DNA of 64,000 nt from the NCBI GenBank assembly GCA_051362555.1, contig CM120640.1, positions 30,089,967-30,153,966 on the forward strand, in the 5' to 3' direction. Made by a program: the position numbers and the translations under genes. The number at the start of each line of letters is the position of its first letter. The first letter of the stretch is position 1. Source of the stretch: Lingula anatina (taxonomy: Eukaryota; Animalia; Brachiopoda). The notes beneath the pieces were generated by a model. It ran no database searches. It worked only from the letters and a program-made list of their open reading frames with translations, and was not told the origin of the DNA. Below, one piece after another: positions 55,901 through 64,000 of this stretch.

Positions 55901-58900
55901 CATACAGAGTAATAGTAATGATTACATACAAACACAGTCACAATACAGACATACACAGTGATCAGAATAAATTTTAACATGTATGGTGACCACACAACCA
56001 TGCATAGTAACAAGAATAAACACAAATTAATCGGGTGATTACACAGTCATACACAGTGATCACAATAAATAGAAACATCAACATAAAAAAACTGACATAA
56101 ACAGTGGTCAAAATAAATATTAACAGGTACAGTGATAATAACATGCACAATAATCAAAATGAATACAAACAAACACAGTCACAATACAGACATACACAGT
56201 GATCAGAATAAATTTTGATATGTCCAGTGACCACAGAACCATGCATAGTTACAAGAATAAACAAAAATTAATCGGGTGATTACACAGTCATACACAGTGA
56301 TCACAATATATATATACAAACACATTCAATGACAATACAGAATGGAAACAGTGATCAGAGTATAAACAGACACATAAACTATAATGACAGTGACATCACC
56401 AACATGCACAGTTAAAATAATGACTAAAAATAAATAAACAGACAAAACTGACATCCACATTGCTGACAATAGATATAAACACAAACAGTGCCAACGCTAA
56501 AATGCACAATGATCAAAATGACTACAAATAGAGTGACAAAACTGACATACACAGTGCTCACAATAAATACAAACACGAACAGTGACAAAACAAACATGCA
56601 CAGTAATCAAAATAAATAAAAACAAGCACAGTCAAAACACAGACATACACAATGATTAGAAAAAAATCAAATGTACAGTGACAACAGTAACGTGCAACAT
56701 AATGAGAACGAACACAACGAAAAAATGTAAAAAACATAGCTGCACACAGTCATCACAGTATGTACAAACTCATTCAGTAACAATACAGAATAGGCACAGC
56801 AAAGATAATGTAAACAGACACATAGACATACAGTGACAACACCATCACGGAGAGTAATAGTAATGATTACAAACAAATAGAGTGACAAAACTGACATACA
56901 CAGTGCTCACAATAAATACAAACATCATCAGTAACAACAGCAACAAACACAGTAATCAAATTAAATGCAAACAAAAACAGTCACAAAACAGACATACACA
57001 GTGATTAGGAAAAAAATTCACATGTACAGTGACAACAGTAACATTCACCGTAATAAGAATGAACACAACGAAAAACAGTGAAAACGAAGTTGTACACAGT
57101 CATCTCATAATGTACAAACATATTCAGTAACAATACAGAATAGACACAGCAGACAATATAAAGAGACACAGATACAGTGACAACACCATCATACAGAGAA
57201 ATAGTAATGATTACATAGAAACACAGTCACAATACAGACATGCACAGTGATCAGAATAAATTTTAACATGTACAATGACCACACAACCATGCATAGTAAC
57301 AAGAATAAATTAAAACAAACACAGTAAAAATATAGACAAACACAGTAATTAAAAACAAATTTCACTTGTACAGAGACAACAGTAACATTTGCCGTAATAA
57401 GAATGAACACAACGAAAAACAGTGAAAACGAAGTTGTACACAGTCATCTCATAATGTACAAACACATTCAGTAACAATACAGAATAGACACAGCAAAGAG
57501 AATATAAACAGACACATAGACATACAGTGAAAACACCATCACGCAGAGTAATAGTAATGATTACAAACAAATAGAGTGACAAAACTGACATAACAGTGCT
57601 CACAATAAATACAAACATCAACAGTAACAACACCAACATACACAGTAATCAAAATAAATACAAAGAAACACAGTCACAATACATTCATACACAGTGATCA
57701 GAATAAATTTTGACATGTACAGTGACAAAAGTAAGATTCACCATAATAAGACTGAACAAAACGAAAAAGAGTGAAAACGAAGTTGTACACAGTCATCTCA
57801 TAATGTACAAACATATTCAGTAACAATACAGAATAGACACAGCAGACAGAATATAAAGAGACACATAGAGATACAGTGACAACACCATCATGCAGAGTAA
57901 TAATAATGATTACAAACAAATAGAGTGACAAAACTGACATAAACAGTGCTCACAATAAATACAAACATCAACAGTAACAACATCAACAAACACAGTAATC
58001 AAAATAAATGCAAACAAAAAGTCACAAAACAGACATACACAGCGATTAGAAAAAAAATTCACATGTACAGTGACAAGAATGAACACAACGAAAAACAGTG
58101 AAAAGGAAGTTGTACACAGTCATCTCATAATGTGCAAACACATTCAGTAACAATACATAATAGACACAGCAGACAGAATATAAAGAGACACATAGAGATA
58201 CAGTGACAACACCATCATACAGAGTAATAGTAATGATTACATACAAACACAGTCACAATACAGACATACACAGTGATCAGAATAAATTTTAACATGTATG
58301 GTGACCACACAACCATGCATAGTAACAAGAATAAACACAAATTAATCGGGTGATTACACAGTCATACACAGTGATCACAATAAATAGAAACATCAACATA
58401 AAAAAACTGACATAAACAGTGGTCAAAATAAATATTAACAGGTACAGTGATAATAACATGCACAATAATCAAAATGAATACAAACAAACACAGTCACAAT
58501 ACAGACATACACAGTGATCAGAATAAATTTTGATATGTCCAGTGACCACAGAACCATGCATAGTTACAAGAATAAACAAAAATTAATCGAGTGATTACAC
58601 AGTCATACACAGTGATCACAATATATATATACAAACACATTCAATGACAATACAGAATGGAAACAGTGATCAGAGTATAAACAGACACATAAACTATAAT
58701 GACAGTGACATCACCAACATGCACAGTTAAAATAATGACTAAAAATAAATAAACAGACAAAACTGACATCCACATTGCTGACAATAGATATAAACACAAA
58801 CAGTGCCAACGCTAAAATGCACAATGATCAAAATGACTACAAATAGAGTGACAAAACTGACATACACAGTGCTCACAATAAATACAAACACGAACAGTGA

Positions 58901-61900
58901 CAAAACAAACATGCACAGTAATCAAAATAAATAAAAACAAGCACAGTCAAAACACAGACATACACAATGATTAGAAAAAAATCAAATGTACAGTGACAAC
59001 AGTAACGTGCAACATAATGAGAACGAACACAACGAAAAAATGTAAAAAACATAGCTGCACACAGTCATCACAGTATGTACAAACTCATTCAGTAACAATA
59101 CAGAATAGGCACAGCAAAGATAATGTAAACAGACACATAGACATACAGTGACAACACCATCACGGAGAGTAATAGTAATGATTACAAACAAATAGAGTGA
59201 CAAAACTGACATACACAGTGCTCACAATAAATACAAACATCATCAGTAACAACAGCAACAAACACAGTAATCAAATTAAATGCAAACAAAAACAGTCACA
59301 AAACAGACATACACAGTGATTAGGAAAAAAATTCACATGTACAGTGAAAACAGTAACATTCACCGTAATAAGAATGAACACAACGAAAAACAGTGAAAAC
59401 GAAGTTGTACACAGTCATCTCATAATGTACAAACATATTCAGTAACAATACAGAATAGACACAGCAGACAATATAAAGAGACACAGAGATACAGTGACAA
59501 CACCATCATACAGAGAAATAGTAATGATTACATAGAAACACAGTCACAATACAGACATGCACAGTGATCAGAATAAATTTTAACATGTACAATGACCACA
59601 CAACCATGCATAGTAACAAGAATAAATTAAAACAAACACAGTAAAAATATAGACAAACACAGTAATTAAAAACAAATTTCACTTGTACAGAGACAACAGT
59701 AACATTTGCCGTAATAAGAATGAACACAACGAAAAACAGTGAAAACGAAGTTGTACACAGTCATCTCATAATGTACAAACATATTCAGTAACAATACAGA
59801 ATAGACACAGCAGACAGAATATAAAGAGACACATAGAGATACAGTGACAACACCATCATGCAGAGTAATAATAATGATTACAAACAAATAGAGTGACAAA
59901 ACTGACATAAACAGTGCTCACAATAAATACAAACATCAACAGTAACAACACCAACAAACAGTAATCAAAATAAATACAAAGAAACACAGTCACAATACAT
60001 TCATACACAGTGATCAGAATAAATTTTGACATGTACAGTGACAAAAGTAAGATTCACCATAATAAGACTGAACAAAACGAAAAAGAGTGAAAACGAAGTT
60101 GTACACAGTCATCTCGTAATGTACAAACATATTCAGTAACAATACAGAATAGACACAGCAGACAGAATATAAAGAGACACATAGTGATACAGTGACAACA
60201 CCATCATGCAGAGTAATAATAATGATTACAAACAAATAGAGTGACAAAACTGACATAAACAGTGCTCACAATAAATACAAACATCAACAGTAACAACATC
60301 AACAAACACAGTAATCAAAATAAATGCAAACAAAAAGTCACAAAACAGACATACACAGCGATTAGAAAAAAAATTCACATGTACAGTGACAAGAATGAAC
60401 ACAACGAAAAACAGTGAAAACGAAGTTGTACACAGTCATCTCATAATGTGCAAACACATTCAGTAACAATACATAATAGACACAGCAGACAGAATATAAA
60501 GAGACACATAGAGATACAGTGACAACACCATCATACAGAGTAATAGTAATGATTACATACAAACACAGTCACAATACAGACATACACAGTGATCAGAATA
60601 AATTTTAACATGTATAGTGACCACACAACCATGCATAGTAACAAGAATAAACACAAATTAATCGGGTGATTACACAGTCATACACAGTGATCACAATAAA
60701 TAGAAACATCAACATAAAAAAACTGACATAAACAGTGGTCAAAATAAATATTAACAGGTACAGTGATAATAACATGCACAATAATCAAAATGAATACAAA
60801 CAAACACAGTCACAATAGACATACACAGTGATCAGAATAAATTTTGATATGTCCAGTGACCACAGAACCATGCATAGTAACAAGAATAAACAAAAATTAA
60901 TCGGGTGATTACACAGTCATACACAGTGATCACAATATATATACAAACACATTCAATGACAATACAGAATGGAAACAGTGATCAGAGTATAAACAGACAC
61001 ATAAACTATAATGACAGTGACATCACCAACATGCACAGTTAAAATAATGACTAAAAATAAATAAACAGACAAACCTGACATCCACATTGCTGACAATAGA
61101 TATAAACACAAACAGTGCCAACGCTAAAATGCACAATGATCAAAATGACTACAAATAGAGTGACAAAACTGACATACACAGTGCTCACAATAAATACAAA
61201 CACGAACAGTGACAAAACAAACATGCACAGTAATCAAAATAAATAAAAACAAGCACAGTCAAAACACAGACATACACAATGATTAGAAAAAAATCAAATG
61301 TACAGTGACAACAGTAACGTGCAACATAATGAGAACGAACACAACGAAAAAATGTAAAAAACATAGCTGCACACAGTCATCACAGTATGTACAAACTCAT
61401 TCAGTAACAATACAGAATAGGCACAGCAAAGATAATGTAAACAGACACATAGACATACAGTGACAACACCATCATGGAGAGTAATAGTAATGATTACAAA
61501 CAAATAGAGTGACAAAACTGACATACACAGTGCTCACAATAAATACAAACATCAACAGTAACAACATCAACAAACACAGTAATCAAAATAAATACAAAGA
61601 AACACAGTCACAATACATTCATACACAGTGATCAAAATAAATTTTGACATGTACAGTGAGAACAGTAACATTCACCGTAATAAGAATGAACACAATGAAA
61701 AACAGTGAAAACGAAGTTGTACACAGTCATCTCATAATGTACAAACACATTCAGTAACAATACAAAATAGACACAGCACACAGAATATAAAGAGACACAG
61801 AGATACACTGACAACACAATCGTGCAGAGTAATAGTAATGATTACAAACAAATAGAGTGACAAAACTGACATACACAGTGCTCAAAATAAATACAAACAC

Positions 61901-64000
61901 GAACAGTGACAACACAAACATGCACAGTAACCAAAATAAATAAAAACAAACACAGTCACAATACATTCATACACAGTGATCAGAATAAATTTTGACATGT
62001 ACAGTGACAACAGAAACATTTACCGTAATAAGAATGAACACAACGAAAAAGAGTGAAAACGAAGTTGTACACAGTCATCTCATAATGTACAAACATATTC
62101 AGTAACAATACAGAATAGACACAGCAGACAGAATATAAAGAGACACATAGATATCAGTGACAACACCATCATGCAGAGTAATAATAATGATTACAAACAA
62201 ATAGAGTGACAAAACTGACATAAACAGTGCTCACAATAAATACAAACATCAACAGTAACAACAGCAACAAACACAGTAATAAAAATAAATGCAAACAAAA
62301 AGTCACAAAACAGACATACACAGCGATTAGAAAAAAAATTCACATGTACAGTGAGAACAGTAACATTCACCGTAATAAGAATGAACACAACGAAAAACAG
62401 TGAAAACGAAGTTGTACACAGTCATCTCATAATGTACAAACATATTCAGTAACAATACAGAATAGACACAGCAGACAATATAAAGAGACACAGAGATACA
62501 GTGACAACACCATCATACAGAGAAATAGTAATGATTACATAGAAACACAGTCACAATACAGACATGCACAGTGATCAGAATAAATTTTAACATGTACAAT
62601 GACCACACAACCATGCATAGTAACAAGAATAAATTAAAACAAACACAGTAAAAATATAGACAAACACAGTAATTAAAAACAAATTTCACTTGTACAGAGA
62701 CAACAGTAACATTTGCCGTAATAAGAATGAACACAACGAAAAACAGTGAAAACGAAGTTGTACACAGTCATCTCATAATGTACAAACACATTCAGTAACA
62801 ATACAGAATAGACACAGCAAAGAGAATATAAACAGACACATAGACATACAGTGAAAACACCATCACGCAGAGTAATAGTAATGATTACAAACAAATAGAG
62901 TGACAAAACTGACATAAACAGTGCTCACAATAAATACAAACATCAACAGTAACAACACCAACAAACAGTAATCAAAATAAATACAAAGAAACACAGTCAC
63001 AATACATTCATACACAGTGATCAGAATAAATTTTGACATGTACAGTGACAAAAGTAAGATTCACCATAATAAGACTGAACAAAACGAAAAAGAGTGAAAA
63101 CGAAGTTGTACACAGTCATCTCATAATGTACAAACATATTCAGTAACAATACAGAATAGACACAGCAGACAGAATATAAAGAGACACATAGAGATACAGT
63201 GACAACACCATCATGCAGAGTAATAATAATGATTACAAACAAATAGAGTGACAAAACTGACATAAACAGTGCTCACAATAAATACAAACATCAACAGTAA
63301 CAACATCAACAAACACAGTAATCAAAATAAATGCAAACAAAAAGTCACAAAACAGACATACACAGCGATTAGAAAAAAAATTCACATGTACAGTGACAAG
63401 AATGAACACAACGAAAAACAGTGAAAACGAAGTTGTACACAGTCATCTCATAATGTGCAAACATATTCAGTAACAATACATAATAGACACAGCAGACAGA
63501 ATATAAAGAGACACATAGATACAGTGACAACACCATCATACAGAGAAATAGTAATGATTACATACAAACACAGTCACAATACAGACATACACAGTGATCA
63601 GAATAAATTTTAACATGTATGGTGACCACACAACCATGCATAGTAACAAGAATAAACACAAATTAATCGGGCGATTACACAGTCATACACAGTGATCACA
63701 ATAAATAGAAACATCAACATAAAAAAACTGACATAAACAGTGGTCAAAATAAATATTAACAGGTACAGTGATAATAACATGCACAATAATCAAAATGAAT
63801 ACAAACAAACACAGTCACAATACAGACATACACAGTGATCAGAATAAATTTTGATATGTCCAGTGACCACAGAACCATGCATAGTAACAAGAATAAACAA
63901 AAATTAATCGGGTGATTACACAGTCATACACAGTGATCACAATATATATACAAACACATTCAATGACAATACAGAATGGAAACAGTGATCAGAGTATAAA
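23000..64000 (-). repeat. Homogeneous higher-order satellite array (canonical HOR ~2315 bp; variants 1932, 2296, 2643, 2992, ~5420 bp)
   Basis: The marker ORF (...HYLCCAYS...) recurs at 24408, 26340, 28636, 30932, 33246, 36238, 41659, 43976, 46292, 48935, 54352, 56667, 58982, 61294. Confidence 0.97.

Noticed and set aside
14418-63263. Dozens of 60-100 aa Cys/Val/Leu/Phe-rich ORFs (e.g. MSVLSLYLFVII...) resembling membrane or cysteine-rich peptides
   Set aside because: They are translations of the TG-rich satellite strand, occur in all frames, often start at GTG/TTG, and are broken by frame-agnostic indels

Overview
Eukaryotic (animal, plausibly marine invertebrate such as a mollusc; inferred from repeat types) heterochromatin-edge window with no host genes. 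About 80% is one AC-rich complex satellite built hierarchically: ~49-bp subunits, ~349-bp 7-mer monomers, a ~2.3-kb higher-order repeat (HOR) and a ~12.7-kb super-duplication. The satellite is degenerate at 0.64-23 kb, highly homogeneous from ~23 kb to the end, and reverses orientation at a fold-back junction near 4403. Its degenerate edge holds: (1) a Helentron-type HINE (2187-3041); (2) a decayed Ngaro-type tyrosine-recombinase retrotransposon on the minus strand (4576-14234; split direct repeats A1-gag-RT-YR-B1-A2-B2; no TSD) whose YR gene carries a nested series piggyBac > TGT..ACA foldback (Ginger-like) > TA-flanked Tc1/pogo-like element with an internal 457-bp duplication, plus a separate 449-bp insert, and whose RNase H region is replaced by a ~94-bp tandem array; (3) an internally deleted LTR retroelement (17596-19607). 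Nearly all Cys/Val/Leu-rich ORFs in the supplied track are satellite artefacts. All coordinates were counted by eye and may be off by a few bases.
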